Position numbers and translations under genes: made by a program. DNA of 58,007 nucleotides, from the IMG/VR virus record IMGVR_UViG_3300028588_000795, positions 1 through 58,007 of that record. The stretch is one strand, 5' to 3'. Position 1 is the stretch's first letter. The number at the start of each line of letters is the position of its first letter. This DNA comes from a virus (lineage: Duplodnaviria; Caudoviricetes). The notes beneath the pieces are model-generated. The model saw nothing but the letters and a program-made list of their open reading frames with translations. It searched no databases and was not told where the DNA came from. Positions 43,333 to 54,080 of the stretch are shown here, one piece after another.

Positions 43333-46300
43333 ATGAGTGATATTGTCAACACCGCAACAATCAAAGTCGTTGCGGATGCGAGCGGGGTCGAGGCTGGACT
43401 TCGCCCCGTCGACGAAGCGGTAGCAAGGACTGGCAAGAATCTCGAGAACCTCGGGGCTACCGCGAAGACGACCGGCAAAACCATCGAAGAGGCCGGGCAG
43501 GGGGTCAACTTCCGCCCAGTCGACGATGCAGTCGAAAAGACCGGGAAGGGCCTTGATAGCCTGGGTACCACGGCGAAGACGGTCGGTAAGACGATTGAGG
43601 AAGCTGGCCGCGGGCTCGGGTTGAGCGGTGTTGGCGAGGGCGCCTCGACGGCCGCGACGAAGGTCGATCGCGCGACCAAGAACATGGCCGACTCGATCCA
43701 GCGCGCAATCCAGGCGCAGACCGCCCTGGCCGCCGGCGCCAAGGGTACTGCGGAAAACTATGCCGCCCTGGCCAATGTCCGAGGCATCAATGTCGATGCG
43801 CTTAAGCCCCTGCTTGCTCAACTGGACGACGCAAGGCGCAAGGCTGACCTTGCTGCCGAGGCTCAGCGCCGGCTCGACGATTCGACGAAGTTCCTGGCTG
43901 ATCTGAAATCGCGCGCAGACGGGATCGGCAAGACCGCATCCCAACTCGCGGAGATGCGCGCCGCACAGTTGGGTGTGGCTGATGCTGCTGGGCCGATGAT
44001 CGCGAAGTTGCGTGAGGCTGAGGAAGCGGGCGAGGGCGCTTTTGGAAAGCTTGGCGATCTGGCTGGCAAGGCAAAAGCTGGGTTGCTTGCCATTGCCGCC
44101 GCAGCTGCTGCTGCCGGGGCTGGCCTGGCAGTCATGGTCAACAGTGCGCTCGACGACCTCGGTGAGCTCGACGACATGGCTCAAAAGACGGGCGCGAGCG
44201 TCGAGAGCCTTTCGAAGATTCAAAAGGTGAATACCGTCTTTGGCCCAGGGATGGATCAGATCAGCGGCGTGCTGAACAAGTTGTCCAAAGGCATGGCAAC
44301 CGTCGACGACGAAACTAACAAGACCCACAAGGCGCTTACGGCCCTTGGGGTATCGTCGAAGGATGCATCTGGCAAGCTGCGCGATCCTGCAGAGGTGCTG
44401 GTCGATGTCGCTAAGAAGCTGCAGGGCTACAACGATGGAGCCGCAAAAGCGGCGCTGATTACGGATGCTGTAGGCAAGTCCGGCGCAGACCTGCTTCCGT
44501 TCCTGAACGACCTAGCGGAAAACTACGAAAAAATGACCGGAGTCTCGGCAGACGCGGCGAGCGCCGGTGCCGGCTTCCAGGATCAGCTCGGTTGGATGAA
44601 GCTTCGCGTCAAAGAGCTTTTTACAGCCATCACAATCGACGCCCTCCCGGCGCTCAATGATCTGGCGGGCGCATTTCTCGACGTCTACAAAAACCAGAAG
44701 GAGGTCTCGAAGCCCGACGTCAAAAACTGGGCCGATCAGATCGGTTTGGCGATCGCGCAGGCTGCCGACGCGGCTGCGATGCTCGGCCGCGGCATCACAA
44801 TCACCTGGAATAGCCTCAAGGCAGTCAGGGCCGATATCGATCTGGCATCGACGATGTTTGAAAACGCGAACCCGCTCAAGGCTGGCTATAAAGCACTAAC
44901 CGGCGGCTCGCCGAACGAGGACATCAAGAAGGCGCTTGCCGCACGCAACAAGATTGTCATCGATGCCAATAAAACCTTGGAAGAGCAGCTTTCCAGGCCG
45001 CTCCCTGAGTTCGAGAAGGCGTACTTGGCGCGACTGGCCGCGCGCGGCAAGGAGGCTGCAAAGCCAGCCGGTGAAACCAAGGACTTGATCTACGAAACGG
45101 GCAACGACCCGGCCGTAAAGGCGGCTGAAGCAGCCGCTAAGAAAGAGGAGGCTGCTTACGCCGGCGTGACGGCTGCCATTCAAGCCAAGATCGAAGAGAA
45201 CAAGCTCGAGGTCAAGGTCAGTCAGGACGCGACTGAATCTCAGAAGCTGCAGATCAAGGTCGATCAGGAGATTACTGCTGGCAAGCTGAAGCTTTCGGAC
45301 GCTCATAGAAAGGTAGTGCAGGCGAAACTTAATGAACTATCCCTGTCAGAAAAGGAGCTCAAGGCCAATCAAGCCGAGCGTGACGTGGCGAAGTACATCA
45401 CGGACAGTGTTTTAGCTCGGGCGCAGCAGTCCGCTTCGCTCGCCGTGGAATACGAGATGTATGGCAAAACCGCAGATGCGCGCGCCATCGCTATGGCCGG
45501 AGTGGAGGCTGAGACCTGGAAGGAAAAGGAGCTGGCAAAACTGCGTCAGGAAAGCAAGCCGATTTCGGCGGAAATCCTCAGCCAACTCGATGCCGAGGCC
45601 AAATCCCGCGCCGAAGTAGCGCAGGCGACGATCGGTCAAACAAGGGCACTGCAATATGCTGCTCAACTGGATGACCAAAACAAGAAATTTAACCTGCAGT
45701 ACATCGCTGACGACAAAGCGCGGGCCGCCGCCGAGCTCGCACTCGACTCCGAAGTGTGGGAAGAGCGAATCAGGAATGCTGGAGACGGTACGCTTGCACA
45801 GATGCGTATTCAGCAAAACTTCAACGAATGGTACGCAAACCAGTCGGCCAAACCATTCCTCGATGAGCAAAAGAAAACGTGGGATGGCATTGAGGCAGCG
45901 GCGCACGACACGTTCCTGAGCATCGAGAACGGAGCCAAGTCGGCGGCCGATCGGGCAAAGCAAGCCCTGAAGAACGGTCTGTACGAATGGCTCTGGCAGA
46001 TGGCACTCAAGCCAATCTACCTGGACATCCGTTCTGTATTCACATCGTCTGGCTCGGCCATTCCGGGCGTTGGCGGCACTGCGGGGTCAGCGTCGAGCGC
46101 GGTCAACTCTAACCCGCTGATAAGTGCAGCCAACGCCGCCTCGGCAGCGTACAAGGCCATCAGCGGCGGCTTCGAAGGGCTGTCCGACATGGTGGCCGGC
46201 GGCGTGCAGTCTGCAATGACGTCGATGGGCTACACCCCACTGGCATCGCAAGGTCTGGCGACGGCATCGGGGCAGGCGCTTACCCCGCTGGCAAGCTACG

Positions 46301-48132
46301 CTGGTACGGCCGCGGGCTACGGCGCCGGCCTGATCGGCGGGCACTACATCGGCAACGCTATCGCTGGCGACTACAGCGTGGCGCATGGCCAGACGGTTAC
46401 CAACGTTGCATCTGTTGTTGGTGCAATTGTGGGCGGCCCGATTGGCGGGGCGATCGGTGGCGCGATCGGCGGCCTGATCAATCGCGCATTTGGCATGGGC
46501 TCCAAGGAGACGCAGACCACCGGGATTAGCGGCATGATTTCGGGGAATGGGCTGACCGCCTCAAGCTATGCGAAATGGCATCAGGACGGCGGCTGGTTCC
46601 GGTCCGACAAAAACGGCACCGACAGCATCGCGTTCTCGGCGGACACCATCGCTGCGATCACGAATGGCCTGAACCAGATCAAGGGTGTGTCGTCGAGCTT
46701 TGCTGCGAGCCTGGGCGTGGATGCCAGCTCGATCGCCAGCTACAGCAAGCAGTTCAACATCGACCTGGGGAAAGACGGGAAGATCGAAGACGGCATCACC
46801 AAGCTGCTGACCAACGTCGGCGATGAGCTGGCCACGCAGTTGGTGCCGAACATTGCCCAGTTCGCCAAGACTGGCGAAGCGGCGGCGAGCACGCTGGAGC
46901 GCCTGGCTGGCGACTTCGATGCGACCACGCAGATGGCTCAATTGCTCGGCAAGACCGCAGCCGAGGCATTCGGCACGGCTGGCATCGCGTCGGCCGCGGC
47001 GCGCGAGCACTTGATCGACCTGGCGGGCAGCGCTTCGAATCTGACGTCCTGGGCTTCGAGCTATGCCACGAACTTCCTGACGGAAGAGGAGAAGCTGGCG
47101 CCGGTCAAGAAGGCGGTCGACGCGGCGATGGCAAGCCTTGGCTTGGCATCAGTGACCACGCGGGACCAGTTCAAGCAGGTGGTGAATTCGCTCGATCTGA
47201 CGACCGACGCCGGCGCCCGCCAGTTCACGTCGATGATGCAACTGGCCGACGCATTCGCCCAGGTTCACGCTGCGTCCGAGACACTGGCAAGCTCGGAATC
47301 GTCGATTGCGGAGGAGCGCGCAGGCCTGCAGGACCAGCTCGACCAGCTGACGATGACCTCGACGCAGTTACTGAAAAAGCAGCGCGATGCACTCAACGAG
47401 GCCAACCGCCCGCTGTTCGACATGATCCAGACGGCCCAGAAGCTGGCGGACACGGCAACCAACATGACGAAGTTCCGCGACGCCGCCAAGTCGCTGAACG
47501 ACACCATGCTGACCGGCAGCCTGTCGCCGCTCACGCCTGTGCAACAGGAGGCCGAACTGCACAGCCAGTACGAGGCGATGAAGGCTGCGGCCATGGCCGG
47601 CGACACGAAGGCGCAGGACGGCGTGTTCAATGCCCTCACCGCCTGGCTGACGGCTTCGCAAAAGCTCAACGCGGGCGATTCGACGTACCAGGCCAATTTC
47701 GCGGAAGGACAGCGCGATACCGCAGCTTTTGCGGCCTGGGCAACGAATGAGGTGGACGCGGCGCAGGCGCAGCTCGATGCGATGAACTCGCAGAACGTTG
47801 CACTGGGCACCGCGAACACCGCGCTGGCCACGGCGAACACGATCCTGGCGACGATCTCGCAGAACACCGCGCCGGTCGCTGGCGGGGCGAACGTCATCGG
47901 TACGGCGCTGTCGGTGCTCACCAGTGCCATCAACGCGCTCAAGCAGGACAACGCAAAGTTGACGGAGCAGGTCGCCGGCCTGCGCAAGGATCAGGACGGG
48001 CAGACCGGCGACTCGATGCAGGCGAACGACGACACGGCGCAGCGCGCGGCGCAAGCCATCGTCGACGGGGTAACCCAGGGCGTGTCGCAGGCTGTTTCCA
48101 AGTTGGTTTCAAAGGAATCACTTTTCGCATGA
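43333..48132 (+). CDS. Tape measure protein
   Basis: 1599 aa Ala-rich helical protein after the chaperones; GGWFRSDK motif; N-terminal 37-aa tandem duplication. Confidence 0.93.
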   Translation: MSDIVNTATIKVVADASGVEAGLRPVDEAVARTGKNLENLGATAKTTGKTIEEAGQGVNFRPVDDAVEKTGKGLDSLGTTAKTVGKTIEEAGRGLGLSGVGEGASTAATKVDRATKNMADSIQRAIQAQTALAAGAKGTAENYAALANVRGINVDALKPLLAQLDDARRKADLAAEAQRRLDDSTKFLADLKSRADGIGKTASQLAEMRAAQLGVADAAGPMIAKLREAEEAGEGAFGKLGDLAGKAKAGLLAIAAAAAAAGAGLAVMVNSALDDLGELDDMAQKTGASVESLSKIQKVNTVFGPGMDQISGVLNKLSKGMATVDDETNKTHKALTALGVSSKDASGKLRDPAEVLVDVAKKLQGYNDGAAKAALITDAVGKSGADLLPFLNDLAENYEKMTGVSADAASAGAGFQDQLGWMKLRVKELFTAITIDALPALNDLAGAFLDVYKNQKEVSKPDVKNWADQIGLAIAQAADAAAMLGRGITITWNSLKAVRADIDLASTMFENANPLKAGYKALTGGSPNEDIKKALAARNKIVIDANKTLEEQLSRPLPEFEKAYLARLAARGKEAAKPAGETKDLIYETGNDPAVKAAEAAAKKEEAAYAGVTAAIQAKIEENKLEVKVSQDATESQKLQIKVDQEITAGKLKLSDAHRKVVQAKLNELSLSEKELKANQAERDVAKYITDSVLARAQQSASLAVEYEMYGKTADARAIAMAGVEAETWKEKELAKLRQESKPISAEILSQLDAEAKSRAEVAQATIGQTRALQYAAQLDDQNKKFNLQYIADDKARAAAELALDSEVWEERIRNAGDGTLAQMRIQQNFNEWYANQSAKPFLDEQKKTWDGIEAAAHDTFLSIENGAKSAADRAKQALKNGLYEWLWQMALKPIYLDIRSVFTSSGSAIPGVGGTAGSASSAVNSNPLISAANAASAAYKAISGGFEGLSDMVAGGVQSAMTSMGYTPLASQGLATASGQALTPLASYAGTAAGYGAGLIGGHYIGNAIAGDYSVAHGQTVTNVASVVGAIVGGPIGGAIGGAIGGLINRAFGMGSKETQTTGISGMISGNGLTASSYAKWHQDGGWFRSDKNGTDSIAFSADTIAAITNGLNQIKGVSSSFAASLGVDASSIASYSKQFNIDLGKDGKIEDGITKLLTNVGDELATQLVPNIAQFAKTGEAAASTLERLAGDFDATTQMAQLLGKTAAEAFGTAGIASAAAREHLIDLAGSASNLTSWASSYATNFLTEEEKLAPVKKAVDAAMASLGLASVTTRDQFKQVVNSLDLTTDAGARQFTSMMQLADAFAQVHAASETLASSESSIAEERAGLQDQLDQLTMTSTQLLKKQRDALNEANRPLFDMIQTAQKLADTATNMTKFRDAAKSLNDTMLTGSLSPLTPVQQEAELHSQYEAMKAAAMAGDTKAQDGVFNALTAWLTASQKLNAGDSTYQANFAEGQRDTAAFAAWATNEVDAAQAQLDAMNSQNVALGTANTALATANTILATISQNTAPVAGGANVIGTALSVLTSAINALKQDNAKLTEQVAGLRKDQDGQTGDSMQANDDTAQRAAQAIVDGVTQGVSQAVSKLVSKESLFA

Positions 48133-49583
48133 CAATTTCTGATGCGCAATTCTCTGCGTGGCTCGAGGATTCGACCGCGCAGCGCGTGACCCTGTACCGC
48201 GTCGGCTGCCTGAGCGGCGAGGTGCAGGTCACGCGGCGCCTGTCGAGCAAGCCCTTCACCGGGCCGCCGGCGGCGCCGTACATCGCGGCGATCGCCAAGG
48301 GCCTGGAAATTACCCAATCGATCTCGATCGATGGCGACGCCAAGCTCTCCGCCGCCGACGTCGAGGTGTGGAACGTCAACGGCGAGCGTGACTCGTGGTT
48401 TTCCGATGTCTGGGCGAACCAGCAGGTCGAGGTCTACGTCGGCGACGCTCGCTGGGACGAGTCGGATTTCCGGCTCTCGTTCGTGGGCAACCTGGCGGAC
48501 ATCGCATACGGCAGCGGCCGCACCACCCTGGTGCTGAAGTTCCGGGATGCGCTGCAGCGGCTGAACACGCCGGTATCCGAGGCGAAGATGGCCGACGGCA
48601 CGCTGTACCCGGTGGCGCTGGGCGAGGTGCCGAACATGACGCCGAAGTACGACACGGTCACGGGCCGTTACTGCTACCACTACGGCCAGGCTGAGGGCCT
48701 GATCGAGCCGCGCACCGACGGCAAACGGCGCTCGCCGGACGTCGCGGACGACCCCAGCAATGGCAGATTCGCTTTCAACACAGCCGTCGGGCCCGGCGCT
48801 GTGACCTGCAGCGTCCAGGGCGACAAGACGGGCGGCGTCTACCGAAACCGCATCGCTCAGTTGGTCCAGCTTCTCGCCACCCAGTACGGCAAAGAATCGA
48901 CTCGCATGGCGTCGAGCGACATGGATACGGCGAACCTCACCCTGTTCGATGCCGCGAACCAGCAGCCGGTCGGCCTGGCGATCCTAGACCGCACCAACGT
49001 GCTGGCAGCGGCCGCGCAGTTGGCATCGAGCAGCGGCGCCCAGGTGATCCCGTCGATGCTCGGCAAGCTGCGGCTGATCCAGTACTCGATCCCGGCCGCG
49101 GCGACGCTGGCTATTCCGCGCTCGATGCAGATCCAGGACTCGCTGGTACCGGTGACGCGGACTACGCCGGCCGCGGCTGTGCAGATCCGGTATTGCCGCA
49201 ACTACACGGTCCAGTCAAACCTGCAAACGTCGCTGCCGGCCGAGCATAAGCAGATGTTCGCCACCGAGTGGCAGACATACACCGCCATCGACACTGCGGT
49301 GCAGGTGACTTACAGCCAGTACACCGACCCGGTGCCGATCGACACCTGCCTGCTGACGCTGGCCGACGCGAAGGCCGAGGCCGAGCGGCGCTTGGCAATC
49401 GTAAAGGTGCCGCGCACGACCTACCGCGTCGAGCTGACGCCGGGCGGGATGCTGGTCGAGCTGGGCGAGGCGCGCAACCTGTTCAGCGACCGCTTCGGCC
49501 TGGACGCCGGCAAGCCCGGCCTGGTCACCAGCCTGACCACGAACTTCGGCACCTACGCCGTCACGGCGGAAGTCACGATTTAA
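48129..49583 (+). CDS. Minor tail / hub protein
   Basis: Position after the TMP; PVALGEVPNMTP; ATGA coupling. Confidence 0.75.
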   Translation: MTISDAQFSAWLEDSTAQRVTLYRVGCLSGEVQVTRRLSSKPFTGPPAAPYIAAIAKGLEITQSISIDGDAKLSAADVEVWNVNGERDSWFSDVWANQQVEVYVGDARWDESDFRLSFVGNLADIAYGSGRTTLVLKFRDALQRLNTPVSEAKMADGTLYPVALGEVPNMTPKYDTVTGRYCYHYGQAEGLIEPRTDGKRRSPDVADDPSNGRFAFNTAVGPGAVTCSVQGDKTGGVYRNRIAQLVQLLATQYGKESTRMASSDMDTANLTLFDAANQQPVGLAILDRTNVLAAAAQLASSSGAQVIPSMLGKLRLIQYSIPAAATLAIPRSMQIQDSLVPVTRTTPAAAVQIRYCRNYTVQSNLQTSLPAEHKQMFATEWQTYTAIDTAVQVTYSQYTDPVPIDTCLLTLADAKAEAERRLAIVKVPRTTYRVELTPGGMLVELGEARNLFSDRFGLDAGKPGLVTSLTTNFGTYAVTAEVTI

Positions 49584-49590
49584 GGAACCC

Positions 49591-50904
49591 ATGGCAAATT
49601 TGCGCATCATCGCCAGCAACGCGGCGCGCCGCGCCACGCTTACCGCCAGCAGCACGGACGGTCTCCTGGCCGTCGCCAACTTGGTCGGCAACAAGAAGTC
49701 GGACGTCTGGCGCGCCACCAGCACGGTTGCCCGGATCAGCGGCACGCTGCCGGCGCCGGAACTGGCGTCGGGCGTTGCTCTGCTGGGCAACTTCTCGCCG
49801 ACGACCACGATGCGCGTGCGCCTGTCGAACGAGGCGAGCAAGACCAACCTCCTCACGTACAGCGAGGCGTTCGGCGATTCCAGTTGGGAGAAGATCGGCT
49901 TGAGCCTCGCCGGCGGCATCGCGGCACCGGACGGCACGAACAACGCGTTCGCCATGACGTCGACCGGCTCCGACCCGTATCTCGACAAGGCGCTGACGCT
50001 GGCGCCTGGCGCCTACACCTTCTCGATCTTCCTGAAGGGTGTGGGTGGAGCAGTCGGCAAAGCGCCGAACGTCTGGTTCTGGAACATCGGCAATCTGGCC
50101 GGCTTCGCGCCGGCCGTCGACGCGCGGCCACTGGCGGGTGGCTGGGTGCGCTATACCGCGACCTGCACTGTCACGACCGGCGGCAGCTACCGGGTGCGCG
50201 TCGATGCGCCGGACGTGGCGGCGGCCGGCGACGTCGTGCACATCTTCGGCGCGCAGGTAGAAAGCGGCGCGTTGTCCTCCTATTTCCCCAGCGGGACAAC
50301 GGCGGGCGTCCGGCCAGCCGGGTACATCGATGCCTGGCAGAGCTACGACTGCGATACCGGCGCCGTGCCCGCCTGCCCTGCGCCGGCGATCCAGCTGGAG
50401 GGCTGGACCGCGGCGCAGTCGGCCAGTGCGTACGCCTACGGCGGCGGCGCGTACGCGCGCGCGTGGTTCCCGGCGACCCAGTGGCGGGCGTTCGCCATTG
50501 ACCTGGTCGACACGAACAACCTGCAGGGCTACATCGAGGCGTCAAAGCTGGTGATCGGCGAGTACTGGTCGCCACCCTACGGCGTGTCCGCCACCTCGTA
50601 CACCGATGTCGACAGCGTGACGCATTACAGCACCGCTGCCGGCGACCTGCTGAGCCGCGCTTCGACAATCAGCAAAGAGGTTTCCATCGACCTCAGTGCC
50701 CTGGCGCCGGCGGATCGAGCCAGGTTCGGCGCCATCATGCGCGCGAGCCGTGCTTACCCGATCTTCGTGAGCGTGTTTGCCGGCCACGCCGACCTCGAGC
50801 TGGAGCGCGCGCATACCGTGCTCGGAAAGCGAATGAGTGATTCCGAGGTCGCGCTGCAGGCCGCAATGCGCTACGGATCGAAAATCACCGTCAGATCAAT
50901 CTGA
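49591..50904 (+). CDS. Distal-tail-like protein with inserted carbohydrate-binding module
   Basis: Insert NLLTYSEAF..W..APDGT..YTFSIFLK..FGAQVESG. Confidence 0.7.
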   Translation: MANLRIIASNAARRATLTASSTDGLLAVANLVGNKKSDVWRATSTVARISGTLPAPELASGVALLGNFSPTTTMRVRLSNEASKTNLLTYSEAFGDSSWEKIGLSLAGGIAAPDGTNNAFAMTSTGSDPYLDKALTLAPGAYTFSIFLKGVGGAVGKAPNVWFWNIGNLAGFAPAVDARPLAGGWVRYTATCTVTTGGSYRVRVDAPDVAAAGDVVHIFGAQVESGALSSYFPSGTTAGVRPAGYIDAWQSYDCDTGAVPACPAPAIQLEGWTAAQSASAYAYGGGAYARAWFPATQWRAFAIDLVDTNNLQGYIEASKLVIGEYWSPPYGVSATSYTDVDSVTHYSTAAGDLLSRASTISKEVSIDLSALAPADRARFGAIMRASRAYPIFVSVFAGHADLELERAHTVLGKRMSDSEVALQAAMRYGSKITVRSI

Positions 50905-50912
50905 GGAGCCGC

Positions 50913-53900
50913 ATGGCCACTGTAGTCAACTTCATCGACGTGACGCTGCGCGGCGCCGCGGCGCGCACGGTCAACCTGGCATCGGCCCAGATCCTGCTGA
51001 CGGCATCAGCCCCGGCCTTCCACGTGGCTGCCGATGGCGCGATCACGCCGCCATCGATTACCTTTACCGCGACCAGGATCGACGTCGATGCACCGCTGAC
51101 GTTTAACTGCACCGGCGGAACCTTGAGCGGCGCAACCGCGACTACCGTTACATTGGCCGGCGCCGACATGGTAGGTACGAGCGCAACCGTGATCGCGAGT
51201 GCCGTGGTCAATGGCGAGACCTATACTGGTCCGTGCACGATCTCCAAGTTCAAGGACGGCAAGGACGGCGTGGATGGTGATGGGGCAAACCTGACCCCGG
51301 GCGACCTGAAGGCGATCCTCGAGGGTCAACTCACGACCGACCAGCTTGACATTGGCTTGCGCTCGCGTATTGGCCTGATCGACGCCGGTACCGACACGGC
51401 CGGCAGCGTGGCCGCCCGCGTCAAGGCGGAGACGGATCAGCGCATCGCCGCGATCTCGCAGCTTACGACCGACAATCGGACCTACGTCCAGCAGTACACC
51501 TACAGCCAGCAGACCATCAACGATTCGCTGTCGGCGTTCGGGACCAACATCCAGGCCGCCTATCAGGGCTACGCCAATGGCGCGGCTGATGGCGCGCTGA
51601 CGGCGGCCAAGGCCTTCACGCAGTCGTACGGCTACAGCAAGGCAGACGCCGACGGCGCCTTGAATGCGACCGCGACCCAGCTGCGCTCGGAATTCACGAG
51701 CCTCAACCAAGGCACCGGCGCTACCGTGGCGTGGGTCCAGCAGTACACGTACAGCCGGGCCGAAGCGGATGCCGCGATCGCGTCGAGCACCCAGCAGCTG
51801 AGCACGACCGTCAACGGCCACACGACGACCTTGGAAATCCAGGCCCAGTCCATCGGCGGACTCGGGGCGCAGATCGTTAATAAGATCGACAACAACGGCT
51901 ATGTGTCCGGGTACGGGCTGGCCAGCACGCCCATCAACGGCGTGCCGCAGAGCAGCTTCATCGTCCTGGCCGACCGGTTTGCCGTGGCCCTGCCGGGGCA
52001 AGCGGCGAAATACCCATTCGTCATCGGCACCGTGAACGGGCAGACGGTGATCGGACTGCGCGGCGACGTCGTCCTCGATGGCACACTGGCCATCCGCGCC
52101 ACAGCAGGATTGTCTACAGCTATTGACGCGGCGGCCACCACCGCAACCACAGCCGGCCTAGATGCTGGTTTGGGTGCCGCCAATCTTATTGGCAAGAACA
52201 CTTTGCCGAGCGACGCAAGCACATTCACCTGTGCTGGGTCATCCGGGGTGGATTTCGAAGGCCCGGTCTATTCCGCGCCGGACAACGAGTTTGCCATCTA
52301 CTCGCCGGGCCGCAAGGGCGTGGTATTCATGCATGCCCGTGGCATTCCGCCTGCAGGAAGCAGTCTGGACATGTATTCCACGCTGACCTTTGACGTCGCG
52401 GAAACCACCCGGTACGAAGCCGGCGTTACGCTCAGCACTCACCGCTGTGAGGCGCGAGCGATCATCGTATGGCTGAATGCCAGTGGCGGGTATATCAATG
52501 AAAGCGCAGGTAACCCAGTATTGAATTCGTATTGGAACGTAGATTCCATAACCTTGCCCAGCCGTTCGGTTGTCACCGCAAATGCGCCTGCTGGAGCGAA
52601 GCGGGCCTACGTGATGGTGCGGCAGTATCACGGCGCGGCAACAACTGATAATGCCAACCCGCAGACCTTCACTTCCCAGTGGTATTCGGCATCGGCCCTG
52701 CCGAGTCAAACCGTTGGATCTCCTTGGAAGCCAAGCCCGCTGGAGGCGCAGGACTTGGCCAATGCGGCGAAAGCTGCCGCCGATGCAGCTGCGAAAGCTG
52801 CGACTGACGCTCAGCATCAGGCCGATGCAGCCTTAGCGCGCGTGCAAAGTATTTCGGACGACGGCAGACTGGATCGAAGCGAGAAGGGTGCAGCGGAGCG
52901 GGAATATAACGATATCTACCTGGAGCACGCGGGCATTGTTGCCGAGGCAAATCGGCTCGGCGTCCCGTATTCGGATTGGGAAAGTCGATACTACGAGCTC
53001 GGCAGTTATTTATCGTCCATTCCTGGCTGGGGGGATCACAGCTCGGATAGTTCGATCGACCGCGCAACATACAATGCGCGATTCGCCAACTATTACAGCG
53101 CTCGCCAGGCCCTGTTGAATAGCTTCACGGCGAAGAGCAAGGCCGATGCCAATGCCGCAGCGCTCACCTCAACGTGGGCTGGTACGTCTGGACTCGGGAA
53201 GCCGCAGGATTATGCGACGGTGGGCGCCCCTGCGGGAACGATGGTTGGCAATACCGACGCGCAAACGGTAGCGGATAGATCCTGGCTGGGATATAACGCC
53301 TACGACGCTCTGCCGGGCATCAACCAGCAGATCGCAGACAGGTTGAGCAAGACCAGCCCAAGCCAGTTGGCGGCAACCGTTACGCTGGCCACGAACGGCA
53401 CCCTGTTGGCAGGCACGCCAGACAATGGCGTGTACCTGACGCCAGTGGGGCTCTATTGCGTGCAGGGCGGCGTCATCAAGGTGATCGTCCCCATCACCGG
53501 CGACCCGACATACGCTGGAAAACTGCTTGCGGCATTCGGTACATTTGGCGCAGTTTCCATTGCGGCCGGAGGATCACTCTCGCTGCAGGCCAGTAGTTAC
53601 AACAACGATCCCGGCATCTGGTTTGGTTTCGTCGGTGGTGTGCCGAAATTCAGCATCGTGGCCGCTAATGGCGCAAAGCTGCTCTTCGATCCGTCCGACC
53701 CTAATCCGCTCCAGATTAAGAACGCCAACATCGCCAACTCGACAACGGACGCCTTCACCGGCTACCTGGGTGGCAGCGCAGGCGGCAGCTTTCCTAATCC
53801 AAGTCCGGCCGGCTCTCTGGTCGGTTTCGGCTCTCTGACTGCGAATGCGATTGGAGGAACGGGGGCGATCAACTACCAATGGATTATCACGCCAGCAGGC

Positions 53901-54080
53901 CGTGTTGCGTCAAATGCATACATGCGGCTGGAATCGTCGAGCGGAAAATCTGTCGGCGTCGTGGGCACTGGTTCGAACACCACTTTGTCGTATTCGGTGA
54001 CTTGCATCATGAGTGATCAGGGTGGACGGACAGTCATCCTTTCGACCGAAATCACTGCCTCAATGGGAACTCCAACATGA
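50913..54080 (+). CDS. Tail tip / host-specificity fibre (DUF1983/J C-terminal-like)
   Basis: KIDNNGYVSGYGL..FIVLADRFAV..PFVI; coiled-coil and beta modules. Confidence 0.8.
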   Translation: MATVVNFIDVTLRGAAARTVNLASAQILLTASAPAFHVAADGAITPPSITFTATRIDVDAPLTFNCTGGTLSGATATTVTLAGADMVGTSATVIASAVVNGETYTGPCTISKFKDGKDGVDGDGANLTPGDLKAILEGQLTTDQLDIGLRSRIGLIDAGTDTAGSVAARVKAETDQRIAAISQLTTDNRTYVQQYTYSQQTINDSLSAFGTNIQAAYQGYANGAADGALTAAKAFTQSYGYSKADADGALNATATQLRSEFTSLNQGTGATVAWVQQYTYSRAEADAAIASSTQQLSTTVNGHTTTLEIQAQSIGGLGAQIVNKIDNNGYVSGYGLASTPINGVPQSSFIVLADRFAVALPGQAAKYPFVIGTVNGQTVIGLRGDVVLDGTLAIRATAGLSTAIDAAATTATTAGLDAGLGAANLIGKNTLPSDASTFTCAGSSGVDFEGPVYSAPDNEFAIYSPGRKGVVFMHARGIPPAGSSLDMYSTLTFDVAETTRYEAGVTLSTHRCEARAIIVWLNASGGYINESAGNPVLNSYWNVDSITLPSRSVVTANAPAGAKRAYVMVRQYHGAATTDNANPQTFTSQWYSASALPSQTVGSPWKPSPLEAQDLANAAKAAADAAAKAATDAQHQADAALARVQSISDDGRLDRSEKGAAEREYNDIYLEHAGIVAEANRLGVPYSDWESRYYELGSYLSSIPGWGDHSSDSSIDRATYNARFANYYSARQALLNSFTAKSKADANAAALTSTWAGTSGLGKPQDYATVGAPAGTMVGNTDAQTVADRSWLGYNAYDALPGINQQIADRLSKTSPSQLAATVTLATNGTLLAGTPDNGVYLTPVGLYCVQGGVIKVIVPITGDPTYAGKLLAAFGTFGAVSIAAGGSLSLQASSYNNDPGIWFGFVGGVPKFSIVAANGAKLLFDPSDPNPLQIKNANIANSTTDAFTGYLGGSAGGSFPNPSPAGSLVGFGSLTANAIGGTGAINYQWIITPAGRVASNAYMRLESSSGKSVGVVGTGSNTTLSYSVTCIMSDQGGRTVILSTEITASMGTPT

